Part shown: one piece after another, positions 9,243-21,444 of the stretch
How positions within the stretch are numbered: the stretch's first letter is position 1
Layout: every line of letters starts with the position of its first letter
Origin: Lingula anatina
Taxonomy: Eukaryota; Animalia; Brachiopoda
Assembly: GCA_051362555.1 (NCBI GenBank)
Contig: CM120640.1
Location: 55,716,788 to 55,780,787, forward strand
DNA: 64,000 nt
Direction of reading: 5' to 3'
The notes under the pieces: generated by a model
The model's database searches: none
Told to the model about the DNA's origin: nothing
Seen by the model: only the letters and a program-made list of their open reading frames with translations
Program-made: the position numbers and the translations under genes

Positions 9243-12200
9243 TTGATAATAGGTAAACCTGTCTTGTTTAGTGTCAGATTGACATTTGTGAAATGTTTTG
9301 ACTCCAAAGTTTGGTACGCTATATGGTCATCTAGTAAGATAAGACCAGGTAGGTAAAATTTTGAAATCAGAACTAGAATATTTTAACCTGGTCTTCCCCA
9401 TAAGTGAACCAATAAGCAGTAGTTCTGAAGTCAGTTTTTGCCTGATGAAGGGCATAATCATGCATGTCCTGTACATAATCTGGGGTAGATTAAAAAGTGT
9501 GATCATGATAAAAGAAATAAATACATATACATACTGATAAATACTGTTTATTGCATTTTGTGTCAGTATTTAAAATTCTAAATAATAAATGATGTAATTG
9601 CTGTTTTTTCATCATTGTTCTGCCTCTGCTACTGTTAGCTGTTTGCACTCTCCTTCTCCATTTGCCCTGTCACCACTTGTGTGACAGTATTGTTAATTGG
9701 GGTGCTAATGTAAATAGCCCACCCATGCTCCCTTATTAATATGCCCCGAGTTTCCCCCTTTCAAAGTTACGTACCTTTGGCCATTTTAGTATCCTATGGA
9801 TATGGAAGTCTATAAATATTGATTCCTAATTTGATTATTATTCACTCTTAGTTCATTGTGGCCTCTAACTTTTGTTATTGATTAAATATCAAAATGCTGC
9901 ACATAAAGAGTCATTTCTTCTTACTAACGTTATTTCTGTCAAAGAAAGATATGACAATTAATGCCAAGCCTTAATTGCCATTAAGGTGTTGTCATGGAAA
10001 CTCCTGTACATAATGTTTGATGTTATTAAAGCAGATAATATAAAGGTATACATCATTTAGATCAAAAACATGACTAGATATTAGATTGTACTTATGTTTC
10101 CTTGATGAAAGAAATGCAACCAAGCTAATTTTCAATTCATTTGTACCTTTTTTTACCTACAAAGCAGGTAATTATAATTGTAAAAGTGTTATCAATGTTG
10201 ATTGGATTTTGGCCTAAAAGATATTGTTTCATTTTCCCCCCATTCCATCACATTTGTTTTCTTTTATTTTGCCTTAGTTGTTCCAAATGAAGGTAAGCCT
10301 TATGTTTGATGTAATCCCAACTGCTTTTATACTTGCTTCTAGATAACCACTAGCATACCAGCAGGTGTATATAGGCTCCATTGACATCAATTGTCACTTT
10401 TTTTTCAAATCAATTTTTGAATTTTCTTTCATGTTATTTTTTGTTATATTTTTCATTGTTTTCTTTTTCTAACTTTTGAAAACCAAAAATTAAATGGAAT
10501 ATTAGATTTACATAGATTATTATGAGTGCCACATTTTACTGTTAAAGCTCAAGTACTAACAATGCATGATATGGACTAAATTAGCCAAACAAAAAAAAAT
10601 GCTTACAACCTTTTAGACGAAAAAACAAAAAATATACAATTTCACGATTAACAAAAACATTTTTTTTATTTTGGGGCATTCTTTGCCTGACATGATAATT
10701 TAACAGTGCAAACGTTGACAAATGATGTTCACTGTTGATACCTGTTCAACACTGCTGCTGTATCTTTTTAATACTTTATCTTGGTGTGTGTTTTAAGGTG
10801 CAGATGTATGTTTCTAAATGATCTTTCATGATGTTCATATATATGAAGAGTTTCCACTTAAAATGCTTATAGGATTAGAACGTGTTTGAATGTTTTAGAT
10901 CAATATTCAAGTATATTGCGTGTTTGTGTTTGTGCCAACATACTTGCAATATTAGTATAACTATTAACTCTTTTAAAATGCATCCGATCCAAGAAATGAT
11001 GACTAACAAATGGTGAATGGGCCAAAGATTATTATTTGTACACAGACATTTATTGTAGGAAACTCTACTCAGTCTGTCCAGTTTACTAGCTAGTACATGT
11101 AAGCTTCATGAAAATGTTTTGCTTGTGTACAAAATTGATCTTTGGACTATATCAATACCAGGCTGAGAGACATTTTGCTCAGTTGCTGAATGGTTTTGTT
11201 GTAAAGTGGAGTACTTATTCCATTGACAGTAATTCTTTTGTCTGTAAATCTTTTCATCAGACCTATCTAGACCTTTGACATTGTAAAGCATATGCCTAAT
11301 TTTACAGTGGATAAGCTTGGGTTTTCAAATTTATGAGATGTGATTGCTTAGATTCATACTAATTAGATAAAACCACCAGCTAAAACAAGAGTGTCTTCTC
11401 CTTGGTATTCTAAAAAAGTGTAATGAAGGTGAAAGTATCAATCAAGTATACCAACACCTCTGGTTGGGTTGGCATGTCCTGTTTAATTGTGATTAGCAGC
11501 TAATTAGCTGTACCCAAGATAAGATAGATTTTTGTACTGTAAGTGCAGCCTGGTAGTTTACTACCCTCTTTCCTTGGAAATGTGGAAAATGTGCCTATAC
11601 TAGCTACTTTGGTATTGTGAGAATCAGGTAGTCTAACAGTAGGTTGAACTTCTTGGTAGTTTCTTGAAATCCAAACCTTTATCTATTCTGTACCTGAATA
11701 TACCACATTTTACTTGATGCAGAAACATTTGATTTTCTGCAGAAAATTGAATAATTCCTTTTCTTGTTTATTTTTGAATTTATCTCTTTATATTTATTCA
11801 TTTATTTTTTTTAAACTTTATTTTGATCCTGTAAAATATTTTATATATTCTTAATTAAGAAACATTTTGGTGGATGAGATAAGGCAAACCCATCCTTTTT
11901 TTATTTTACATATGGTAGATTGTAATTTCGAAATAATAGTTGTGGACTATTGTGTTTTGTTTTATCAATCAATTGGAAACATTTATCATTTTAGAGTTGA
12001 TACAGCTTAATTTAATCATTTCAACTTATAATTGGTCTCTTTGGCCATATTTATTTTGCATGAGGAAAGGTTCACTTCAGTTGACTGACCTTCTAGTCTG
12101 AACTTAAAGTTAATGCCCCTTGGGGGAATAGAGAAAAAATTGGTTTTGTGCAGACGTTCTTATGAGATCACCGTGAATAATTTGAAGTTTTACATGAGTG

Positions 12201-12791
12201 AAGTAGTTTACCAAATGACGTAAGAATGGTTATAATGACATAAAGGTTGCAAAGCAGTGGTACCAACAGCAGACATTGGTCTAATAAGTCAGCTATGATA
12301 TTTAATGGAGCAAATAGATTTAATATGAAAGGGGACTATTTTGCTATGTAAATTAACAACAGTTTAACAACCCTATATATGGATCGGAATGGGTCTGTTT
12401 TAAAATAGGGTATTTGTGTATGGCTTATTAATGAGTATCTTGTTCTTGCACCTTTATAAGAACTGTTTTCTGTTATTTTAGATATCTAATGAGAAGTGTT
12501 TGTATTTCCTGCTTGATTATTTGCATTATATCATAGAATTTTTATAGACTTCATTTATTTATAAGATATAATGATCTCTTTTCAATTATGAAGAGGTTAA
12601 TTTTCAATGTTATATTTAATTAATTTATTAAATTTATTCATTTATTTATTTAATTCTAAACATGTTGGAGAAAAGTTGATTTCCATTATTTCATTATATT
12701 TTGTTTTTCTCAATTATTGTTGGAAGGTTTGTTTTGTGGTTTATTTTTAAAATGAAAATCTTCATTTTTTGTTTTGTAATCATTGTTGTAG

Positions 12792-12873
12792 ATGTCAAAC
12801 CAGGATCAGTACCCCCACCACCTTACATTATGTTTACTGAAAAGAAGGACAAGCCAGGGGAAGAGCACATCAG
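12792..12873 (+). CDS. SSUH2: SSUH2-like exon (DVKPGSVPPPPY...)
   Basis: tag acceptor, gtaaaa donor, phase 1 to 2, joins the next exon in frame. Confidence 0.72.
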
Positions 12874-15800
12874 GTAAAACCAAGTGTTTGGCAATTTTCC
12901 AGCTGGAAATAGATTTATCAATAAAAAAAGCTCTCTTGAAATGAATCTGAATTGCTCTATGCACTTAAAGTTATGAAATATTTTGTCATGGAATACTTGA
13001 TTAAATTGGTTAAAGTCTAGACATGCTTGAAATAGAAGAAAATATATGTTTTAGATCACAGTACCCTTTCTTCTCTCTTTATTTCTGTTGTACACATTTT
13101 AGGCACAGCAATATAGATCATATATATATATGGTGTACTTTTATGCGATTTTTAGATTGGTGTTTTTCCTGTAAAAAATTAAGTGTTAAAGTCTGGTTTC
13201 TTGTTCCGTAGTGCTCCACAGCTGAATCCTGAAGATGCGCGCAAGGCACTTTTAGCATATGTCACCCAGCACTGCTGCTTTGGTAGTCAGGTAGCAAGAG
13301 AAATGCAGATTATAAATGTAACTCACACAAGTGCATTACAGGTGAATGTTTGAATAAGTTGATTACAATTTTTAATGAATTTTGTAGTAAAGCTAAGTAG
13401 GACTATTGAATATTATCAGATTAGACATTTCATTGAATTGAAAAGAAGACCTTGTGTTATACAAGGCAGTGATAATATTTTTTGTGATAATAATATTTTG
13501 TTCAGGATAATATTTTTTCTTTGATATTTATTTTATTAAATAATAACATATTTATGGCTTTTCTTAAAATCAGAGTACTTTTACAGGTCATATGGAGTCT
13601 CAATGAGTATTGTTACAGTAAATTAATTTCTGAAGGCAGCAGAACTTTAAAAGGACCTTCACCCATATTGATTTTTTGTAAAACCTGATATTTTCATATA
13701 TCACTTTGGAGCCAAGTCTGAAAGTTCATTCATGGCAGAGCAAGCCCTTTGCCTCAATTTGCACATGGCCAACTAATAAAGTTTGAGTTTTGAATAAAAA
13801 TTCAATTGAATCCTTTATTTTAAATTATTTTGATACTGTTAAAGTTCATGTTTCCAAAGATTGCAATGTTTTAAGCATGGCCAATGTTAGCAGTATCTAC
13901 ACTTGAATTATTAACTGTGGTGCTGTGGCAATGCAATGTTCTTCAGCCAAATGATAAACTTTTATTTGTTCTATTTTTACAGTACAAATTAGAAACTTTT
14001 ACAGAATCTAGACACCTTAATTGGGATGAGGAGCCATACACAGGTATTGTTGAATGTCACAAACCAATAAAATAAATAATTTAAAAAACACTTGACAAAC
14101 CTCAGGCAGAATGTATGATCTTGAGGGCAGTCATAGTATCATGCATTCATAGTTACTGTAATGATTTGATATTTAAAAATGGCAATTTAAATGAATTCTA
14201 TATAAATATATTGAACATAACCAGTAGCTGCAGTAAAAAGTCTCACAATAATCAAAAGGCTAAATATTTAGTGTTGAAAAATTGATTGATGTTTTCAGAG
14301 TGATTTTATAAACGTCATGTTAATTCTTGCCACATTGTTTTGAAATATGGATCTAGATTGTATCTCACCACATCATATTGTGCTCATATTATGGGCTCTA
14401 TTTTAGTCTGGATGACAGAATAAGATATTTATTTATCCATCCTGCAGCTCCATCTGACAAATAAATAACCCCAACTTGTCCTGTTTCCCACTTTTTTGTT
14501 ACATGTTCTAAGAATAAATGGATATTTAGATATTGCCTAAAAGAAAAAAAAAGAAAACAAACATTCAAGTGGAAGAAAGACATAATATAAAAAACTAATG
14601 TGTTTTTGTATCTGTCTGTACTGTGTTTGTGGTTTGTTTTGTGCAATATTTTTTGTCTGTTTATTCCTATATGTTTAGATCTCTTGATCAATTAAACATT
14701 GCAAGTCATTGATATCCAAAAATGTTTTAGTAATCAGCAGTAATCTATAGAATATGGAGTGAAAAATACTTTACATTTAAATGCTTTTTAAAGCATAAAT
14801 ATACAGTTTTATGATGAGATCACATCTTTTTATTTATGTTAATATAAAATAGTTATTGCTATCTGAACATGTTAAGTCTGATGTTAACTTTTAGACTTTT
14901 AACCTTTTAGATATTCCTGCATGAAGCCAACTGGGTTTTTAAATTAATTTTCTTTCTTTGCATGTTTTTGTTTGAATATTTGCCTGTTGCCCCAGGAATG
15001 TTACAAAAATGTTTACCTGTGAAGGTGGTTTTTTCATTATCCATTTTTGATATATCACATTTATATCACATTCATTAATAAACAGAATGGCTTTTTATTT
15101 ATCAGGCCTCTGAGAATTGACACGTGTCATCCATGTTTCCTAATTTGGATGAATTAAGTGAAATTTATAAAATGATGTCACAGATATTATGAAAAAGCTT
15201 CACTTCAGCATATTTTGTGGGGTTAGCTATGGTAATAACTTAAATCCAAAAGACATGGCAACATGATGAAGACATGTTCATTTTACAATAATAATTGGAA
15301 TTAACATTTTTCAAAAAGAAAATTTAATTCTATCAAACAAACATATGATAAATGTTTCCAATGAATTGTGTTATGAATGAACACAATGAATTGTGTTATG
15401 TCTTTTAGATATGGTGAATTTCCATAGATTATTGTATTTTGATAAATGTTTGAAGTCTTACTTCTAATTGTTCTTTTTATTACATATTCTCCAGACCACA
15501 GTAAGTAGACCTCTTCAGGGAAGTATAGATGCTGCTTATCTTTCGATTCTATTAGTATCAACTAGTTACTCTCGCTACTTAATCTCTTGCTGCTTTTATT
15601 TTTTGTACACTGGATATTGTCACACTTGTGCCAAGGCCATGTTTTTATGCCTCTTACTTGTGAAACTCTCAGATATAAGCTTGTTTAAATTATTGCAATA
15701 ACATTTTGCTTTAAAAATTTAATTAAGAATTCTCAACTTAAAAATAGATAAAAAAAATTGCTACAGCACTAGTCATGTAAGGACTTCTTTAGACCGACGA

Positions 15801-18800
15801 TTTGTCTGTTTGTACATGTAGTCACCAGATGCCCATATACCTCACTGTCTCTTGTGCATCAAATGGCCAATTTTAGCCTTTGAGTATGCTGTTATCATAA
15901 TGTATATGAAGTTAAACATGGGTTGTGCACAAGCTGTGGGAATGTTATTGCTAAAAAATTTATCAGTGTTTTATAACACCCATTCTTTAACATAGAACTC
16001 TAACCTTTATAAACAATGTACTGCAGTACCTTACAAGTGCCATAAGAATCTGCCTACAAACTTCACCATTACTTCTCAGGTGGCCCTCTTGATCACCCAG
16101 TTAATGGCCTTGTTCCTGCCCCCTGGTCCATTCCATGTGAACCCACAGATATGTTCAAAAATGAAACACAAGAGTATGTCCTGCCTCATTCAGAGACATT
16201 AGTGGTATGTACACAACCTGGAAATGGCCCATTTTTTAAGGGTTGCTAAGGAAATAAAATTCAAAATGCATTTTTCTGTGATTTATCAATATTTTCATTA
16301 TTAATCACACTTTTATTGTTATTACTGAATGTTATTAGCAACAGTAGATATAGTGTTAGGAGTATATTTGTAAATGTTTAAGACTACATTCCCACAGATT
16401 TTTAGATTGATCTATCCCCCTGGGGAGTCTCACTAGATTGGTGTCAGCTTAACCGGCTTAAATGTCTGTCCCACCTACTAAAAGCTGTAAGGGGGTATAA
16501 TTAACTAAAGTGTGCGCTCGGCTGACAGCAAGTTAGCGTGAACCCCCAGGGAGTTAGGTCGATCCAGATGGAATGATCTAAATCTCTGGGAATGCCCTCT
16601 AAGAGTGACAATCCAGCTTTTTATTGCTATTACAAATCTGTTGTTCACCAGTGCAGAAGAAAAACAGTTTTCAGTTTGATAAATTTTATTGGTTTGAAAT
16701 ATGTTTTTTGTTACTGTCCAAACCAGGTGTGCAACCTCTGTGATGGCACAGGGACTAATGAATGTCGTTGGTGTCATGGGAAGGGCTACAAGAAGTGTCC
16801 CAGCTGCAATGGTTCAGGGAAGAAGAAGATTGTGTATGGCAGATATGCCATCACATGCAAGCCTTGCAGTGGCCATGGTAGGGTCAGGTAAGCAAAAAAA
16901 AAAAAAAAAAAAAACAGTTTTTAAATGTTTTAAAGCTTCAACATCTCTGCACAATAGGGTCACGCAATTTTTTTTTTATCTTTCTCCACTTCTTTTTGTG
17001 GGTGGGGGGTGGGATGGTGATGAGGGAGGAGAGGGCATAACAGAAAATATGGAAAATATGGAAACGTTATTTTGCATTGCATTCAGTTTTTACAAATTTT
17101 GTCTCTGGGGCAGATAATAAAACTAAGTATCCAAGTTGGTAAATGCTCATTTATTAATTAAGGGATGGTTCTCCACTCCTTACATTAAGTATGTCTATTA
17201 TTAGATCTGTTCAATTACTCATTAGCAAGAATCTTATGTACATGAAAATTCTCAAACACAAGACTAAAAATTTCCGTACCGTTAGCTTACTGCCAACCTG
17301 GTCGAAGGCCTTCATCAGACCAATGTGAGTAGTTGTTCACACTCACTGACTGCTAGGTGGTATAGCGGCCAGGACCCTCTTATAAATGTCAGGTAGATCA
17401 ACCCCCCCCCCCTGTCCCTATTCATGGGTGGCTGGTGACAGCTGATGTTGATAGCCTCTTGTATTTTTCGCAGTACGGAAAGTTTTAGGCTTGTGTTTGA
17501 GAATTTTCATGTATATCCAACAACCAAGCTTATGAACATTTTTTGCTCAAGAATCTTATGTATTCACTTTTCTATTGACTCTGCTTTTAACACCGCTTTG
17601 CCAACTATTTTGTCTTCAAAATTTATGGTTCGAATATTTCTCTGTATCCATTTCCAATTGGTTCTAATATTGGCAACCGTAGAAAAACTTCTGACATATT
17701 TGGATGTGGGTTACAATCTTATTATTTCTGAATAAAGTTAATTATTATTACAACAATGCTGTTGTAGCATATTGCTCAGTTTCAATCATATACCCCATGA
17801 GCTATGGCATGTAACCCTTTAACTTGAGAAGTAAAATAATCCATTTTGGCAACTGGCTTTTTTTTCCACAGATACTTTTCTTGGGCAGACTTACTCATTT
17901 CCATAAATGAGATTTATGCACTGAATATGTACGATTCTAACATTGATATTCTTCTGGGGATGTGAACCACTCAGCATGGTGCATTAAACTAGTAGTGCAC
18001 TACCCAGATCAATAACATTCAAAGTCTTTTATGTACTTATCTACGTTTCAGCAAGTTGGAGAAACCATTTGCTGGGTCCATATATATTTCCAAGCAGATT
18101 ATAAAAAACTGTTTATCACTACATGTATGTAGTACATACAATTTTATTTCACTTTATAGGCAATTTAATGTTTTATTGCCATTGCCATTTTTTATTTTCT
18201 TTTAGTTGTGGAGTGTGTGACACTACTGGCACCCTCATATGCAAAAGTTGTGATGGTCTCAAGAAACTGAAGAGATTCCTTGTTTTGGCTGTAAAATTGT
18301 GAGTTGCACATAAAACACCATAGAGGTTCATAGTTAAGTTTTTCAGTTAGAAGGGTTTTTTTCTTAGAGGAATGTCTGGCTGAGACATAAATATAACAAT
18401 ACTGAAGGCATGGAATTGATTACTATTGATGAAAATATCAGATATCAGTTTGAACATCTTTTTTTTGTTTGCCAAGATTCCAGATGTGGAGGAAATTTTG
18501 TATCTTTTGTTAATTTTTTCTGTACCAATGAATCTGCATTTAATGTCAATATTCCCTATTTCCTGGACATTTTGTTTGACCTACCATTTTTCTGTCTCAA
18601 AAAATCTATAAACCAAGTTATTGAATAGATGAGCCCAGACTGTCTAGCCCACTCATTCAATTGTTTATGCATGATCTTTAACATCAAATACATTTAAGAA
18701 ACAATTCTACTGGTGCATCATCATTGATTGAAACCCCATCAAGTCCATAGTTTTGATCTGACAGATAATATTTCAGTAGAAAAAATCGACAATGCTTTCC

Positions 18801-19808
18801 TCAGATAAAAGCATTAGGTCAGGCAGTAATGGACATTGGTCATTGCTGTATCTTGTGCATTATATGTACCTCCAGTAATAAATGAGCTTTTCTAATTGCC
18901 CCAAAACATAATATTGTTACATGTTGTTTGATTTTCATGATGTGGAATAAGTATCCTAGATTATGGAAGAAAATTCCTTTGACTAGTAATCTAAGATAAA
19001 TGGAAACTCATCTATGCCCTGTGTTTTCAACATTTCTCAGTAAAACCCTGGTAAGTCGCCACATTGTGGAGAACACTGAATTTCCTAAGGAACTTGTCAA
19101 GGATGTTGGTGGACAGAAGGTATATGAGCAAACATTACCCAGGGTAAGTATAATCAATTATCATGGGGTCTCACTGTCAAACATCATTTGTGTATTTTAA
19201 GAGAGGTTTAATTGTTTTCCAAATCAGTGGGTTGGTTTCACCATCAATTGGTTTCCTTCAACCTAGTAGCAAATAAATCAGATATGATGTATGTTAAATG
19301 AAATATTCTTACCATGCTTATTTCATATGTACGGCAGTAATTTTTCAGAATGTTACATTGAGACATTTTTATCTTAAATTCTTTTCTTTTATACAAGGTT
19401 TGGGCCATGACTAGCTATCCAAATCAGGAACTGTGCAAAAAGTCCAAAGATTATTGTGAGGGACATGAAAAAAAAGCAGAAAAAGAACATGAGAAAATAA
19501 TTATGCAGGTAATTAAGTTCGATTTAAAGGTAAACAGTGCAAACCATGTTAGCAATGTTCATGGTTAAGTCCATCAACCCCATCCCTCATAAGAGAAATT
19601 ACTAAGAAAAGTTTCAATTGATTTGATTGGAAGTTGCCAAACCATATTATTTATATTACAGAGACACGAGTTAGTTGTGAAACCAGTTTGGGAATGCACT
19701 GTTTTGTGGAGACATGAAAACTGGAGATTCTGGGTTTATGGCAATGAACACATGGTTTATGCACCAAAGTACCCCCAGCGGTGCTGCTGGAGATGTAGTG
19801 TCATGTGA
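12792..19808 (+). CDS. SSUH2: SSUH2-like (ssu-2 homolog) protein, spliced, 5' end incomplete
   Basis: Nine GT-AG exons join in one frame: 12792-12873, 13212-13341, 13983-14043, 16080-16204, 16727-16887, 18206-18298, 19041-19143, 19398-19508, 19662-19808. Motifs EDARKALL..HCCFG, YKLETFTESR, six CxxCxGxG-like repeats, FWVYGNEH.VYAPKYP and C-terminal CCWRCSVM. Confidence 0.9.
13212..13341 (+). CDS. SSUH2: SSUH2-like exon (APQLNPEDARKALL...SALQ)
   Basis: tag/gtgaat boundaries; conserved HCCFG motif. Confidence 0.88.
13983..14043 (+). CDS. SSUH2: SSUH2-like exon (YKLETFTESR...PYT)
   Basis: cag/gtattg boundaries; conserved LETF.ESR motif. Confidence 0.88.
16080..16204 (+). CDS. SSUH2: SSUH2-like exon (GPLDHP...PW...LPHSETLV)
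   Basis: cag/gtatgt boundaries, phase 1 to 0. Confidence 0.88.
16387..16594. mobile_element. Degenerate MITE-like element
   Basis: Imperfect terminal inverted repeats cattcccacagattt.taga / tctaaatctctgggaatg. The internal segment resembles the one at ~61520-61815. Confidence 0.5.
16727..16887 (+). CDS. SSUH2: SSUH2-like exon, DnaJ-type zinc-finger repeats
   Basis: CNLCDGTG, CRWCHGKG, CPSCNGSG, CKPCSGHG; cag/gtaagc boundaries. Confidence 0.92.
17241..17511. mobile_element. MITE with ~40-bp TIRs and TA flanks (Tc1/mariner-type)
   Basis: CATGAAAATTCTCAAACACAAG...TTTCCGTAC / GTACGGAAA...CTTGTGTTTGAGAATTTTCATG, with TA on both sides. Confidence 0.8.
18206..18298 (+). CDS. SSUH2: SSUH2-like exon (CGVCDTTG..CKSCDG)
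   Basis: tag/gtgagt boundaries, phase 2 to 2. Confidence 0.88.
19041..19143 (+). CDS. SSUH2: SSUH2-like exon (KTLVSRHIVE...LPR)
   Basis: cag/gtaagt boundaries. Confidence 0.88.
19398..19508 (+). CDS. SSUH2: SSUH2-like exon (VWAMTSYP...IIMQ)
   Basis: aag/gtaatt boundaries, 37 open codons. Confidence 0.85.
19662..19808 (+). CDS. SSUH2: SSUH2-like last coding exon (ends CCWRCSVM*)
   Basis: cag acceptor, FWVYG motif, CaaX box, TGA stop. Confidence 0.9.
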   Translation, partial: RHELVVKPVWECTVLWRHENWRFWVYGNEHMVYAPKYPQRCCWRCSVM

Positions 19809-21029
19809 TGTTGCCACGGAGTGAGGTCATGAGATCAGGGCCAGTGACCAGTCTCTACAGGGATTGACAGTCTAATATGAGACATTTTGCAAAGTAGAGA
19901 AGAAACATGAAGGGAAAGGAAAATAATTTACAGTTTATGTTACTTTGCAGTAGAGGAACACTGCATCAACCACCAGGAGTAAACTGCAATAGCAGGTATT
20001 TATGCCGATTTCAAAAGTATGTATCAGGTGATAATTTGGAAGATATACTACCAGAAGCAAAATGGCAGAGAAGATTGTGATGATTTTGAGACTTGATTCT
20101 TGTTTTTTAAATGGCATGAGACCAAACAAGATGTTTTTATTTGTATGGTGTAAGCAAATGACTGAATCAATCATATTGCCTGATGGCATTGATGCATGGA
20201 TGGGCCAGTTGTAGGTAGATGGGTCATGTGTTTCTTTGTTATATATAGAGGTGAATTACACGCATGTGAAATACTGGATGAAATGGTTTTTGGTCCTTGT
20301 TGTGACATTTATCTCTAATTTCTAATGTCAACTTCATATCAATTTATTCATTCAAAGCACTACATTCAAATACCTTTTCCATATTTCTTTTTCTTATTTT
20401 AAACTTATTTGACAGAAGGATGTACAATGCTGTTTGTTGTCATTATGAGCTTTTGGATGTAGTTTCAAATATCAGTGTTTTTTATATATACTGGAGTCTT
20501 GCCAAAAAATATAGGAGTTGTATCAAATTAAGCAAATCAATAATAAAAAACTCTTCACTTTGATATAAGTCACAGTCAATGCATTTGCCCCTAAAAGAAC
20601 ATAAAAGTTATGTTGAAGATATTTATTTGTTTTTAAATCTATTTTGCAACACAAGGTATTAATGATTAATTCAGAATAACAATGAATTTATATTTACTGT
20701 TTAAGCCTAAGCTACTATGTTTCCCAGAAATTTTGTCTTAGATTTCATTGTTGGCATATTTTTAGAATTTCACACGTCCTCATATTTTCTTAAATTGAGA
20801 TTTGCAGAAGACACACTTATTGTGTATTTTAGAATGTTAAGTCACTGATTAATTTAATTCCTTTACTGGGCCTATCCAGTTGCAAGAACTTTGTCATCAC
20901 AATGTTAAACATGTAACAAGTCAATTGAGCATCCAGATTCAAATCCTTGAACATACAGTCCTACTGATCGAGAGAGTGAATATTCTAATTCATCCAAGTG
21001 AAATCTCATAAGAGGAAAAAATATATCCA

Positions 21030-21444
21030 GTACTGGACTTCTACAATGGCAATGCAGCAATCCAACATGTCAAACCTTGTATGTATGGGGTAGTGTGAAG
21101 TGGTAAAGACTATAGTCAGAAGTTTACATGTGAGAGTCCAAACAACCCCTGAAAGCCAAAGTAAGCTCAGCCTGAAGCCACAGGCCACAAGGTGAACAGT
21201 GAAGTCTTTACCATCCTGGATTGAGAAGAGAAGTGGCATAGAAAAGTAGTTAAAGAAGCCATCTGGCAGAGTGTAGAGGACCCTTCACTGAACCACAAAG
21301 GAGGACTGAGAGCTAATCTCTCCCACATCTGGGATCAGGCCCTCAGTCTCATACCTAGCCATATCTGACCAGTCATGACCAGCCCATCATGTCACTGACA
21401 CTCATTTCCCTGCTAAAGATCAATGGTAATGATCTCAATGTCAG
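21030..21444 (+). mobile_element. Penelope-like element relic (GIY-YIG endonuclease C-terminus)
   Basis: From 21213 it reads ILD*EEKWHRKVVKEAIWQSVEDPSLNHKGGLRANLSHIWD, matching the PLE tail pattern ILD.E..W..R..KEAI......PSLN..GG. Stops and frameshifts are present. Confidence 0.72.

Noticed and set aside
20925-21000. Possible tRNA-derived SINE head on the minus strand
   Set aside because: Only a weak B-box-like match; no cloverleaf or second copy seen.
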